DNA of 64,000 nt, taken from assembly GCA_016185525.1 (NCBI GenBank), contig JACPNK010000006.1:115440-179439 (forward strand), written 5' to 3'. Every line of letters begins with the position of its first letter. Positions within the stretch are counted from its first letter, which is position 1. Position numbers and translations under genes: made by a program. The stretch is from Candidatus Yanofskybacteria bacterium. GTDB taxonomy: Bacteria; Patescibacteriota; Minisyncoccia; 2-02-FULL-40-12; IGHO2-12-FULL-4. Below the pieces are notes generated by a model that was not told where the DNA came from, did not search any database, and worked only from the letters and a program-made list of their open reading frames with translations. Below, in pieces: positions 37,128-46,704 of this stretch.

Positions 37128-37177
37128 TATTCGGCTATCATGTCGCACAAGTGTGAATGTGCGACCCATGTTGTGTG
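37128..37177. terminator. tandem hairpins between convergent genes
   Basis: gatagccgaattattcggctatc and gtcgcacaagtgtgaatgtgcgac. Confidence 0.5.
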
Positions 37178-37180
37178 ACG

Positions 37181-37726
37181 TCATTTTCTGTTCTGGTTCC
37201 CCCATTTGAAAGGTTTTTCTCTTTGTGATTTATAAAACATCATTCTGTTTCTGATTTCTTGAAGTTTTTTGTGGTCAAGGCCGTTCATTTCTTTTTTTGT
37301 AAATCCTCTCTGGCCTTTTGTAACATTTAAACCCTCTCTTCTGTTTTTGTTTACTATTTTAACCGCGCAGCTCCATAGTTGGAAGTCAATCCCCTTTTTT
37401 GCGTAGAGTTTATGTCTTTTAAAAAATGGTATAATTTTTTCTACTAGATCTTTCGGATTTTGGACCGAGAATCTAACCTGATTCTGTTTTTTTATTATAA
37501 CGACCGACCCACAGCCAAAAGTTTCTTTGATTAAGTTTAATATGTTAAAATCGTCAGATCTTAAAACAATGGCAAATTCAGTATTCCAGTAAAAATACTC
37601 TCGGAATTTTTTATTGTTCTTATTTTGTTTTTTATCCCTTCTAAATTTAAGAGCAAAACAACCCTCCCCGTCTACAAAGCCAGCTATGTAATTGCCAGGC
37701 AACTTAGCGACTGTATTTTTATCCAT
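37181..37726 (-). CDS. free-standing LAGLIDADG homing endonuclease
   Basis: LAGLIDADG motif (YIAGFVDGEGCF) 12 aa after the internal Met; the track ORF extends to 37792; ~181 aa, the single-motif homodimeric class. Confidence 0.8.
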   Translation of the reverse strand: MDKNTVAKLPGNYIAGFVDGEGCFALKFRRDKKQNKNNKKFREYFYWNTEFAIVLRSDDFNILNLIKETFGCGSVVIIKKQNQVRFSVQNPKDLVEKIIPFFKRHKLYAKKGIDFQLWSCAVKIVNKNRREGLNVTKGQRGFTKKEMNGLDHKKLQEIRNRMMFYKSQREKPFKWGNQNRK

Positions 37727-37824
37727 ATTATAAATTATACTACAATCACATTGCGTCGCACAAAAGTTTAAAACGAAGGTTATCAACAGCAACCAAAAAG
37801 TAAAAAACTCCTTTGGTTAGGAGT

Positions 37825-39519
37825 CTACAATTCGTCAATTAATTTTTTAAATTTTTCTATAATTTCTTTTTTTCTGGGTTTAAGCGTCGGAGTTAAGATT
37901 AAATCTGTTTGGCTGCTTAAAATCGCTATGTTGCCTATTTTCATTAATCCCTTCCCTATCGCCCCGGTTTTGGACTTTAGAGTTTCGTGAAGTTTCGCAA
38001 GACCTTTTTTGTCAGAGGGTCTGTTGTTTAAAAAAATGAGAGCAATTTGATACGGTTTGTTTTTTCCACATATGACAACTTCTGCTTGGGGGTCAACGTC
38101 TCTTATTTTGTCCTTAACTTCTTGCTCCAGTTTCTGGATGCTTTCTCCTGTCACGTACTCCCCTTGTGCCGTTTTGTAGCCTTCGCCGATTCTTCCTGTT
38201 ATAGATATGGTTTTGTTTGAAAAGTTAAACTTTCCAGTGTCTTCAGTATGATAGAGCCGTTCTCGCAACGGTTCTTCCGTGGGCGGATGGGTTTGGTAAA
38301 TTTTTTCTTCAAAATGGTTTTCATTGGCTTTTGGGTTGTTGTAGTAGCCGAGCATGACGGCTTTTCCTGTTACCACGATTTCTTTGCTGAAAGGTTCAAG
38401 AAAAACTTGGTTTGTGTTTCCTATAACCGCACCGTTCAAGAGTAGCGGTCCGGCCGTTTCCGTTTGGCCGTAAATGTCCATTATGTTTAGACCAAGTTTG
38501 CGGAAAAAATTAATCTCGTGGCGGCTTATTTCCGATCCGGCGCTGATTGCGATTCTTGTATGATCTAGGCCGAGCTCTTGTTTAATTTTGTCTTTAAGAA
38601 AATAAATCGGGACTAATCCGGCTAACTTACCGGCAAGTTTTAGTTTTTCTTTGACTCCGGTCTCAATGTTTATCCAAACTTTGGGTACGCCCAAAAAAGC
38701 GGTTGGCCTTACCCTTTTGAGTATTGACGTAAATTTTTCTTTCAGTTTTTCCCTGTCGGTTGAAAATTCGGTAAAGTATACCGTATATCCTCCGATTAAC
38801 TGGCCAAAAAAAGAGGCAATAAGTTCAGAAATGTGTCCCAATGTCATATAAGATAAAACTCTATCTTCGGGACCAATTTGCAAGGCTTTAATTACAGCCT
38901 TGGTTCTGTCTAAGATATTTTCATGCGACAGCATCACTCCCTTTGGTCCGCCGGTGGTGCCGGAAGTGTAGGGCATTATCAGTAGGCGGTTTGGGTTGCG
39001 GACTTTGTCATTGTGGTAAAGCCTTTTAACCCCTTTGTTTTTGCATATCTTTTTTCCCAATGCCAGTAACTGTTCAACTGTTATTGTGGTGTGGCCATTT
39101 TCTTTGTATTCATCTGCCAAACACTCACTGATGAGAGTAATTTTAGGTTGGCAATGGTCTAAGATGGCCTTGACTTTGTCAGGCTCTTTTAAAAGCATGG
39201 GGTGTATCGGCACGGGTACCCCCCCTGCCATAATAATTCCCAGAATAGTGAAAAAAGATTCCGGCAGATTTACCGGTACTATGGCGACAAAGTTTTCTTT
39301 TTCTGATTTTGACGGGTCAACTAAATTTAAGTCTTGCAAAGCGATTGCCGCTGAAAATGCGTGACAGTGCAAGTAATCTTCCCAAGAGTATTTTTCTTTA
39401 GTGCCGTCTTTTTTAAGCAAGACCAAGGCCGGTAACTGATGACCTTTTCTTCTTAATTCTTCTTCCTTTTCAAAGAGAGTAGTAATAATATCTGCCACTT
39501 TCCCGTCCCCTATTTTCAA
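37825..39519 (-). CDS. AMP-dependent synthetase/ligase (long-chain fatty acid--CoA ligase-like)
   Basis: AMP-binding motif YTSGTTGGPKGV and an acyl-activating fold. Confidence 0.8.
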   Translation of the reverse strand: MKIGDGKVADIITTLFEKEEELRRKGHQLPALVLLKKDGTKEKYSWEDYLHCHAFSAAIALQDLNLVDPSKSEKENFVAIVPVNLPESFFTILGIIMAGGVPVPIHPMLLKEPDKVKAILDHCQPKITLISECLADEYKENGHTTITVEQLLALGKKICKNKGVKRLYHNDKVRNPNRLLIMPYTSGTTGGPKGVMLSHENILDRTKAVIKALQIGPEDRVLSYMTLGHISELIASFFGQLIGGYTVYFTEFSTDREKLKEKFTSILKRVRPTAFLGVPKVWINIETGVKEKLKLAGKLAGLVPIYFLKDKIKQELGLDHTRIAISAGSEISRHEINFFRKLGLNIMDIYGQTETAGPLLLNGAVIGNTNQVFLEPFSKEIVVTGKAVMLGYYNNPKANENHFEEKIYQTHPPTEEPLRERLYHTEDTGKFNFSNKTISITGRIGEGYKTAQGEYVTGESIQKLEQEVKDKIRDVDPQAEVVICGKNKPYQIALIFLNNRPSDKKGLAKLHETLKSKTGAIGKGLMKIGNIAILSSQTDLILTPTLKPRKKEIIEKFKKLIDEL

Positions 39520-39599
39520 AGTTCTTTAGTTTGAATACTAAAACCTTTTTTACATTATGTCAATGAAGAAAAAAACTTAAACTGATATATAATACTTTT

Positions 39600-40340
39600 A
39601 TGTTTTATCGGACTCTTGAAGAATTTAAAAACGCTTCCGGCTACACGGTCGGAAGTGTTTGGTATCCGCGGGTTACGGCGATTGTCGGAATGAAAGCCAA
39701 ACCGGGGCTTTATAAGTTTTATGCTGAACAGGAAAGTTTTGAAGCCGGGGAAGCGGTAAAAGCCAAGTCAGCCGAGGAGGGCACTCTTACTCATGATACT
39801 GTCGAGGCAATCCTACGAGGTGAGTCCCCTGTTATCCCAGAAACTATCAAGCCGGTAATTGAAGCTTTTTTTAATTTTTTAAACAGTAATAAAGTGGAAG
39901 CCAAACTTATTGAGGAAAGGCTGATAAGCAACAAATATCGCTATTCCGGCACGATGGACGTTTTGGCGGAAATCAACGGCCGGCTTGGGGTTTTAGACGT
40001 CAAAACCTCTTATTCAATTTTCAGGGATTACGGCATCCAAACCTCGGCTTACGTGGAAGCTCTTAACGAAAGAAAAAATTTGCCGGAACTTACTCGTTGG
40101 ATTTTGCGCCTTGACCAGAGCCAGAAATGCCTGAAATGTCCGGCTGTTTTGCGGACAAAGGGCGGCAATATAAAAGTCAGAGGAGAAAAAAACTTTTGCA
40201 ATCACGAATGGAGCGAGATGATCGGCGAGGCTGAATTGAAGGAACTGCCGCCATACCAAAAAGATTTCAACGCCTTTCTTGCCTGCAAAACTCTCTGGGA
40301 ATGGGAAAATGAGTTTTGGCTAAGCCGGATTAACTATTAA
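39600..40340 (+). CDS. PD-(D/E)XK nuclease superfamily protein (RecB/Cas4-like fold), cysteine-containing C-terminus
   Basis: GTMDVL...LDVKTS matches the D...(D/E)xK core; four C-terminal cysteines (CLKC...C...C). Confidence 0.45.
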   Translation: MFYRTLEEFKNASGYTVGSVWYPRVTAIVGMKAKPGLYKFYAEQESFEAGEAVKAKSAEEGTLTHDTVEAILRGESPVIPETIKPVIEAFFNFLNSNKVEAKLIEERLISNKYRYSGTMDVLAEINGRLGVLDVKTSYSIFRDYGIQTSAYVEALNERKNLPELTRWILRLDQSQKCLKCPAVLRTKGGNIKVRGEKNFCNHEWSEMIGEAELKELPPYQKDFNAFLACKTLWEWENEFWLSRINY

Positions 40341-40383
40341 TGTAAGGCCTACTATAGAGGCTAAGCCTCTATAGTAGGGAAAC

Positions 40384-40770
40384 CTATTTTTTGCAGTTGG
40401 ATGCGAGAGTCAGTCCGGCGGCGAGGGCGGCGGCTTCGGTGGGGAAAGTGATTTTGTTTTTGTCGGATATCTTACTGGCTCCCGCACACCAAGAAAAGTG
40501 ATACTTATTTGAATTTTTTGAAGCTGTTACACTGAAATCTGCTTTGTTAGAATTTGTGGATGCTGTTTGGGAGTTTTTGGTTTGGTCGGAACTTTGGACG
40601 AAAATTTCTCCTAAAGACGCTTCTCTAATTTCAATTCTGGCCCCTCCCCTATTTTTTAGGGCTAAAATTTTTCCGCTTTGAAAAGAAACAACCGTGATTA
40701 AAATTATCACGGCTGACAAAACAATATCAGATTGATGCTCTTTTGTTTTTTCCAGGAGTCTAGACCACAT
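40384..40770 (-). CDS. membrane-anchored hypothetical protein with C-terminal Cys motif
   Basis: 128 aa with an N-terminal TM helix; C-terminal YHFSWC...EAAALAAG...C resembles an Ada-like metal-binding motif. Confidence 0.35.
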   Translation of the reverse strand: MWSRLLEKTKEHQSDIVLSAVIILITVVSFQSGKILALKNRGGARIEIREASLGEIFVQSSDQTKNSQTASTNSNKADFSVTASKNSNKYHFSWCAGASKISDKNKITFPTEAAALAAGLTLASNCKK

Positions 40771-41032
40771 TCACGATTTTGACTAAGCGCCTATTGCCGT
40801 CATATTTTACGAGTTTTTTGGTAATAAACTGGACCTTACCGCTTTTTACGGCGTAAACCGTGTCGTCTTTGCCGATTTTTGCTCCGCTTCCGGCGATAAA
40901 TTTTGTGCCTCTTTGTCTGACAATAATATCGCCGGCTTTGGCAGATTGTCCGCCAGACAATTTTAAGCCCAAATATTTGGGTTGCGAATCTCTGCCTAGT
41001 TTAGTTGTCCCGACAGCTTTTGTATGTGCCAT
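40760..41032 (-). CDS. rpmA: 50S ribosomal protein L27
   Basis: MAHTKAVGTTKLGRDS signature. Confidence 0.9.
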   Translation of the reverse strand: MAHTKAVGTTKLGRDSQPKYLGLKLSGGQSAKAGDIIVRQRGTKFIAGSGAKIGKDDTVYAVKSGKVQFITKKLVKYDGNRRLVKIVNVV

Positions 41033-41239
41033 TTTTGTTAGCGAGCATAGCGAGCTTTACAAAAATGAGCACCCCGCTCAAATTTTGCTTTTGCTATTCT
41101 CGGATAACTTAGTTATAAATTATACGCCATTAGATTACTTGCAGTTTGCGAGTGCCGAATAGGCACAAACCTTAAGGGCGCAGCAAACTGCTGTGAGCTA
41201 TCCAGCAAAATTTGGGCTGGGGTTGCCACGTCTTAAATC

Positions 41240-41692
41240 TTATTCTGCTTCTTTTTTAACTTCAAATTTTAAGTTTGTCTTTATATCGTATCCCAAGTCA
41301 ACTTCTGTTTCATATAATCCTATTTTTTTGATTAATCCGTCTAACGGAATTGATTCGGGTTCAATTGCAAATCCAGCCTTTTTTAGCGCTGAAGAAATCT
41401 CAACAGCGTTAACACCATCATAAAGAGTGCCTTCTTCGTTTGTTACCCTTTCAATTACCAGCATAAAAGACTTAATTTTTTCGGCTAGTTGACCGGTCAA
41501 CTCTTTGTCTTTTTCTATTGCCAAAAGCCTCTTTTGTTTTAAGTCCTCAACGGCTTTCATGGCGGTTTTGTTTGCTAAAACAGCCAGTTTTCTTGGCAAT
41601 AAAAAATTACGGGCATACCCGTCGGCCACATTTTTTACATCTCCAACTTGGGCAACATTTTTTATATTTTGTAAGAAAACTACGCGTGCCAT
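41240..41692 (-). CDS. rplI: 50S ribosomal protein L9
   Basis: GDVKNVADGYARNFLLPRKLA N-domain signature; the internal ATG at 41692 gives 150 aa. Confidence 0.85.
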   Translation of the reverse strand: MARVVFLQNIKNVAQVGDVKNVADGYARNFLLPRKLAVLANKTAMKAVEDLKQKRLLAIEKDKELTGQLAEKIKSFMLVIERVTNEEGTLYDGVNAVEISSALKKAGFAIEPESIPLDGLIKKIGLYETEVDLGYDIKTNLKFEVKKEAE

Positions 41693-41732
41693 ATTAAAAA
41701 AGAGTCTAACAAAATCAGGCTTTGTTGTCAAA

Positions 41733-41765
41733 AAAATACCCGAGGTTTTAATCCTCGGGGTTGTT
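41733..41765 (-). terminator. rho-independent terminator
   Basis: cccgaggattaaaacctcggg plus a T-run on the minus strand. Confidence 0.6.
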
Positions 41766-41778
41766 TTATTAAACTCTT

Positions 41779-42099
41779 TTAACGTGAAGCTGCAAGCATC
41801 GGGCGATAAAATTTTCTTATGTTATAAATCATGCCCTTAATTTTGTTTTTAGAATGAGGGCAGTAAGTCATGTCGCAGAGTTTCTGTTGTTCGTCGTCAG
41901 GGTTAAAAAAGCCTGATATTTTGAATACCCCGTTACTTTTTCCTACAGAGAACCCTTTTACGGAGACGCTGACTATGAGAGGTCCCACAGTTTCTCCGTA
42001 AACTTCAAAGTCGTATCTGTAGCCAGAATCGAATCCTGTCGGTCCAGCGTTTATATAAAGAACTTCATTTTCCGGTATTTCTACTTTTGTTTTTGCCAC
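41779..42099 (-). CDS. hypothetical protein
   Basis: 106-aa ORF with a downstream terminator. Confidence 0.5.
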   Translation of the reverse strand: MAKTKVEIPENEVLYINAGPTGFDSGYRYDFEVYGETVGPLIVSVSVKGFSVGKSNGVFKISGFFNPDDEQQKLCDMTYCPHSKNKIKGMIYNIRKFYRPMLAASR

Positions 42100-42175
42100 T
42101 TTTTTCTCCTTTGCGACTTAACATATAGTAACAAAGTATCATGCAATTGTCAAATGCAAATTTAAATAACAAGAA

Positions 42176-43408
42176 CTACCTGATAATCTCCAAGGCTTTT
42201 TCCAGTTGAGGATCTTTGAGGGGGTCTTTTTCTGTTTCTTCCGCATCTTTTTTGACTTCGTAGTCCGGCTTAATGCCGTTATCGCTGATAGATATTCCGC
42301 TTGGGGTGAACCATTTGGCAATGGTGATTTTAAGTGTTGATTTTTTGTTTCCAGATAAAAACTCTACAAGCTCCTGAACCGAACCCTTGCCAAAAGATGT
42401 TTCGCCCACAATCTTGATTCCTCTATTGTCTCTTAACGCTCCGGCCAGGATTTCAGATGCCGAAGCTGATCCCTTGTTGATGATAATAATCATGGGGTAT
42501 TTTTTAAGCTGTCCATTCTTTGCTGTTTTTAAGATCGTCTCTGTTTTGTCGGCAAATTTTTCGCTGACTACGGTCTGGTTGGGATCTAAGAACCAGCCGG
42601 CAATGTTTACCGCTGAATCCAAAATCCCGCCGGGGTTATTTCTTAGGTCCAGAACTATTTTTTCGGCTTTTGACGCCAAAATTTCTTTAGCCACTCTGGC
42701 AAAGTCTGCGTCAATGTTTCTGTTGAAGGTGAGGAGTTGAATGTGGGCAACATTGTCTTCCAGAAGCTTCCAGTCTATTGTCGGTATTTTTATTTCTTCC
42801 CTGATTAGATTGAATTCTTTCGGATCTTTGTCTCCGTTTCTCTGAACAGTTAGTTTAACGCTTGTTCCCTTTTTTCCTCGGATTTGGGTGACGGCTTCGT
42901 CTATGGTTAAACCGCCGGCATCTTTGTCATTGATTTTTATTATTATGTCCCCTGCCAATATGCCTGCTTTGTAAGCGGGAGTGTCTTTTATGGGCGCAAT
43001 AACGGTCAGAAGATTTTTTCTCATACCTATTTCTATCCCAACCCCGCCGAAAGAGCCGTTAATCTGTTCCTCAAATTTTTTACTTTCTTCCGGTTTAAGG
43101 AAAACGGTGTAAGGGTCGCCCAAAGAGTTTACCATGCCTTCTATGGCGCCATAGACTAAGTTTCTTTTGTCCTGCAGTTTTTCCTGGTCAACAAATTTTT
43201 CCTCAAGTTTGTTAAGGGCCGTCCAAAATAGTCCGAAGTCAATTGATACCGGCTGGCCGAGATCTTTATTGTCTATCTGCGTGATTATTTGGTCTACGGC
43301 GCTGTCATTCTTGAATTTTTCAAACTTTATACCGCCATAAAAACTTCCGCCAAGAAGCAAGACCAGCAGAATCAAAAGAGTTATTTTGTTATTTATTTTC
43401 TGAAGCAT
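42176..43408 (-). CDS. ctpA: carboxyl-terminal processing protease (S41, PDZ-containing)
   Basis: N-terminal TM, PDZ domain, and S41 catalytic Ser/Lys region (GSASASEI...K). Confidence 0.8.
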   Translation of the reverse strand: MLQKINNKITLLILLVLLLGGSFYGGIKFEKFKNDSAVDQIITQIDNKDLGQPVSIDFGLFWTALNKLEEKFVDQEKLQDKRNLVYGAIEGMVNSLGDPYTVFLKPEESKKFEEQINGSFGGVGIEIGMRKNLLTVIAPIKDTPAYKAGILAGDIIIKINDKDAGGLTIDEAVTQIRGKKGTSVKLTVQRNGDKDPKEFNLIREEIKIPTIDWKLLEDNVAHIQLLTFNRNIDADFARVAKEILASKAEKIVLDLRNNPGGILDSAVNIAGWFLDPNQTVVSEKFADKTETILKTAKNGQLKKYPMIIIINKGSASASEILAGALRDNRGIKIVGETSFGKGSVQELVEFLSGNKKSTLKITIAKWFTPSGISISDNGIKPDYEVKKDAEETEKDPLKDPQLEKALEIIR

Positions 43409-44222
43409 AGTTCAGCAGGGTTTGACCGGAACGGTATTTCAGACCGTGTTTTAAGAAATATTTAATGGCGCTTTCTATGTGCCATCTGGCCTCTCTTCTT
43501 ATGAAAACATCCAAAAAATCAAAACCGGCGCGCGATTGTCTTATATGATAATGAAGCATTACTGCGTCCGGCAGATAGGCAACTTTATAACCATTCTCCC
43601 AGAATCTTTTTGCCCAGTCAACGTCTTCAAAATACAACCTGAACCTTTCGTCCATTATGCCCACCTTTTCCAGGGCCTTTCGGGTGGTCATAAGCGCCGA
43701 ACCCATTACCCAGTCAGGTTGGGTTTTAGACTCAAGTTTTAAATTAAAGTCCGCCAACCTTTTTTTTGCAAAAGGCATTTTTCCCAAGAAAGTCCGGCGA
43801 TAGACAATTGTCATTGGACGATAAAATTTGAATTTTGAGTTTTGGGTTTGGCCGTTAAAGTTTAGAAGTTTTGGTCCCAGAAGGCCGATGTCCGGATTTT
43901 TGTCTAAGTGGTTGGACATTTTTTTGACTGAATCGGATGCGATTATTATATCCGGATTGAGTATCAGCACATGTCTGCCTTTGGAATTTTTCAGGCCATA
44001 ATTTACTCCGGCGGCATAACCTACGTTTTTTATGAGCGGCAAATAATTAGTCCAAGGGAATTTTTCTCTCAAAATTTCCCCGGTTTCCGTTTGGGCTTCA
44101 GAGTCAACAACAATCGTTTCAAATTCGTTTATCTGTCCTAAAAGATGCTTTTGGATTGAGTTAAGACAGAGTTTTAAGAGTTCGGGGCTTTTGTGATGGA
44201 CTATTATAATTGAAAGATTCAT
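43389..44222 (-). CDS. family 2 glycosyltransferase
   Basis: LSIIIVHHKS...DSE (DxD-like) GT-A N-terminus. Confidence 0.75.
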   Translation of the reverse strand: MNLSIIIVHHKSPELLKLCLNSIQKHLLGQINEFETIVVDSEAQTETGEILREKFPWTNYLPLIKNVGYAAGVNYGLKNSKGRHVLILNPDIIIASDSVKKMSNHLDKNPDIGLLGPKLLNFNGQTQNSKFKFYRPMTIVYRRTFLGKMPFAKKRLADFNLKLESKTQPDWVMGSALMTTRKALEKVGIMDERFRLYFEDVDWAKRFWENGYKVAYLPDAVMLHYHIRQSRAGFDFLDVFIRREARWHIESAIKYFLKHGLKYRSGQTLLNYASENK

Positions 44223-44226
44223 GGCT

Positions 44227-45267
44227 TTAGTTTTGTTTGAAATAATTCCTAATCAAGTTCCAGTCATTGTTTTTGGGCAAAAGAACATAAGCGTTGTTTT
44301 GAGCGGTTTCATAAAGCAAGTTTTCGGTGGTTATCGTCTTGGTTTGCAGTTTTTCTGCGGAGTTAAAAGTGAGAGCAAGCTGGAGAATGTTTTTTGTGTC
44401 CCAGATATTAAAGTCTGTGGAGATGTTATTTTTCAAACTGTTGGCCAGAGAAGTTATTTTAACCGGATTACTTAAGATTCCCAGACTTAGAGCCTTTTTT
44501 TTGACAGCCAAAATTATTTCTTGCTGTCTCCTTGAGCGGTCAAAGTCGTTTGTGCTGTAGCGCGATCTGGCATAGTAAAGAGCCGTCTGGCCGTCTAGGT
44601 GGTTTTCTCCGGCGGACAGACTAAACTCATAGCCCCACTGCGACTTTTCTTCAAAAGGTTTTTCTAAGACAATATCTATACCGTCCAGAGCATCAACTAT
44701 TTCTTTAAATCCTTGGAAGTCAAAGACTACTATTTTATCAATAAAAATCCCGCTTATTCTTGAAAAGGAATTTTTTGCAAAATTGGTTTTGTCTTTCTTG
44801 GACAGACCTCTTTCGTAAATCTCGTTTGCTTTTCCTTTAAAAAGGCCCGGCAGGTCAATGTAGAGATCTCTGGGTATTGAAGTTAAGGAAGCTTTTTTGC
44901 TTTCGTCACGAAAGCTGAAAAGCATGATGCTGTCGGTCAAAAGTCCCCCGTCCGGGTCATCAACGCCTCTTATGCCAAGAATTAAAACGTTCAATCTTCC
45001 GGCTTCTTCTTCTGGCATCGGAAAATTTTTGTTCAACTCCTCTTGCTGATTAACTTCCTCACCCTTTTTTGAGGTTAAAAGCGCGCTTGCCCTTTTTAAC
45101 CAGGAAGACTGTTTTTCTATGATTATAGTGCTTGATTTGTCAAAAAGTAGCAGTAAACCGAGGAGTAATAATATGATTAAGGCCAAACTCAAACCAAAAC
45201 GTTTTTTGCTTGACGATTTTTCGTTGAAGTCACTTTGTTGAAAACTTGTCTGGTTCATATAAACCAT
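44227..45267 (-). CDS. LytR-CpsA-Psr (LCP) family cell-envelope polymer transferase
   Basis: N-terminal TM; LNVLILGIRGVDD...LTDSIMLF LCP core. Confidence 0.75.
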   Translation of the reverse strand: MVYMNQTSFQQSDFNEKSSSKKRFGLSLALIILLLLGLLLLFDKSSTIIIEKQSSWLKRASALLTSKKGEEVNQQEELNKNFPMPEEEAGRLNVLILGIRGVDDPDGGLLTDSIMLFSFRDESKKASLTSIPRDLYIDLPGLFKGKANEIYERGLSKKDKTNFAKNSFSRISGIFIDKIVVFDFQGFKEIVDALDGIDIVLEKPFEEKSQWGYEFSLSAGENHLDGQTALYYARSRYSTNDFDRSRRQQEIILAVKKKALSLGILSNPVKITSLANSLKNNISTDFNIWDTKNILQLALTFNSAEKLQTKTITTENLLYETAQNNAYVLLPKNNDWNLIRNYFKQN

Positions 45268-46316
45268 TTTGCCATTTGTTCGGGACCAACTTCGGCTTTA
45301 AGCATAATTTCTTTTCTTTTTTTGAACATTTTGGGTGTCAGACTGATTAATTTTGGTATCTCAAGCAAAACAGAAGGTTCAAACAAAACAGCATAACCCA
45401 ACTCCTGAATTTCCCTTCTTAAGATCCGGGGTAAATTTTGTAAAACATTAATCCAGTAATCATTTTTTAATCTGGCTAATCTCTTGTTTCTCCAGTCCAA
45501 TCTTTTTTTGAGGGCGGGTATTTTTTTTCTCTCGCCCGTTCTTTTAAAATAGTCGAGCCAGCTTTTACTCACGCCTTTAGTGGTGGAACGGTCGTGGTAC
45601 ATAATAACGGGCGGGCTATAAATTTGTTTCCAGCCAAACAAACGCATGCGCCAGACTAAGTCAATATCGTCCCCGTACCAAAACATATCATGATCTACGA
45701 TTTCACCTGTAATCACGGAATCTTCAAGAGCTTCTCTGCGGAAAATGGGCGCGGCGCCCTCAACTCCAAAAACCTCCATTTCTTTGTCGTATTGTCCATT
45801 GTCCAATTCCCCATGCCCAAGATTTATAATTTTTCTTGAGCGGAAAATGCCAAATCCTACCGTATCAATGATTTTTTCTTGTAACTCCGGCCGGAATGTT
45901 TGGGTCTGCAGTTTGTTAATGTCGTATTGATAGATTTTAGCTTGCAGAGCTCCTATTCTTTCATCTTTTTCCATGACTACCACAGACTTTTCCACCGTGT
46001 CCGGCGCAAACAGAACGTCAACGGAAAGAGCTATAATATACTTTCCGTACGAATAATCTAAGGCTTTTTCCTGACCGCCCCACATCCCATAATTAATTTT
46101 GTTTTCAATAAAGTTAGTCATTTGCCATTTGCCATTTGCCATTTGCCATTCGCGGATTATTTCTTTTGTTTTGTCTGTTGAGCCGTTGTCAAAAATATTT
46201 ATCTCTAAATTGCTGTAAGTTTGGTTTTTCACGGCATCCAAACAATACTGGATATACTTTTCTCCATTTAAAACCACCAAGTTTATTGTAACCAGTGGAC
46301 TTGACATAAAACACAT
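45255..46316 (-). CDS. family 2 glycosyltransferase carrying an internal heptanucleotide repeat tract
   Basis: GT-A fold (VVLNGEKY, DNGSTD); contains (atttgcc)x4 encoding WQMANGKWQMTN. Confidence 0.75.
   Translation of the reverse strand: MCFMSSPLVTINLVVLNGEKYIQYCLDAVKNQTYSNLEINIFDNGSTDKTKEIIREWQMANGKWQMTNFIENKINYGMWGGQEKALDYSYGKYIIALSVDVLFAPDTVEKSVVVMEKDERIGALQAKIYQYDINKLQTQTFRPELQEKIIDTVGFGIFRSRKIINLGHGELDNGQYDKEMEVFGVEGAAPIFRREALEDSVITGEIVDHDMFWYGDDIDLVWRMRLFGWKQIYSPPVIMYHDRSTTKGVSKSWLDYFKRTGERKKIPALKKRLDWRNKRLARLKNDYWINVLQNLPRILRREIQELGYAVLFEPSVLLEIPKLISLTPKMFKKRKEIMLKAEVGPEQMAKWFI
46120..46154. repeat. perfect heptanucleotide tandem repeat (atttgcc)x4 plus one degenerate unit inside the GT2 CDS
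   Basis: Read directly from the sequence, 46120..46147 perfect and 46148..46154 attcgcg. Confidence 0.95.
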
Positions 46317-46364
46317 TTTATAATAACATATTTTACTAGAACTCTTTAAAATAAGGAAAAAGAA

Positions 46365-46694
46365 ATGTCCAGTATAAAAAGAAATTTGACGGAGGCACAG
46401 TTTTTGGCCTCATTGGCGGAAGCCGGCTCTTGGGTTGGCGGTATTCCGTTTGTTTTTGATCCTAAATCAGAAAGCGTAAGCAGGTTTTTGGAAAGACTTA
46501 GGCTTATGGGACTGTCCGCAAGTCCCGAAGAAGTTACGAAAGCAGTCTCAAAATTCTTTGAAGAAAAAGAAAAATGGGGTATTTCTCTTGTCAGGTTAGA
46601 TAAACTGATTGGCGGCCGATTTGAAGTCGGCTTAAATCCTGACAATATGGCGATAGATTTTTCCGCCTTGACTTCAAAGAGGCGAACTTTTTAA
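46365..46694 (+). CDS. hypothetical small protein
   Basis: AAGGAAAAAG RBS, terminator hairpin immediately downstream (46714..46738); preferred over the antisense ORF 46346..46645. Confidence 0.45.
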   Translation: MSSIKRNLTEAQFLASLAEAGSWVGGIPFVFDPKSESVSRFLERLRLMGLSASPEEVTKAVSKFFEEKEKWGISLVRLDKLIGGRFEVGLNPDNMAIDFSALTSKRRTF

Positions 46695-46704
46695 ATACCG
46701 AACA

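Noticed and set aside
41033-41239. Structured ribosomal leader between rplI and rpmA
   Set aside because: It contains a short inverted repeat (gcagtttgcg / cgcagcaaactgc) but no recognisable L21/L27-type leader. It may simply be a promoter or terminator.
46346-46645. Minus-strand ORF (99 aa) antisense to 46365..46694
   Set aside because: The plus-strand ORF has a good RBS and its own terminator hairpin immediately downstream. The antisense ORF lacks both.
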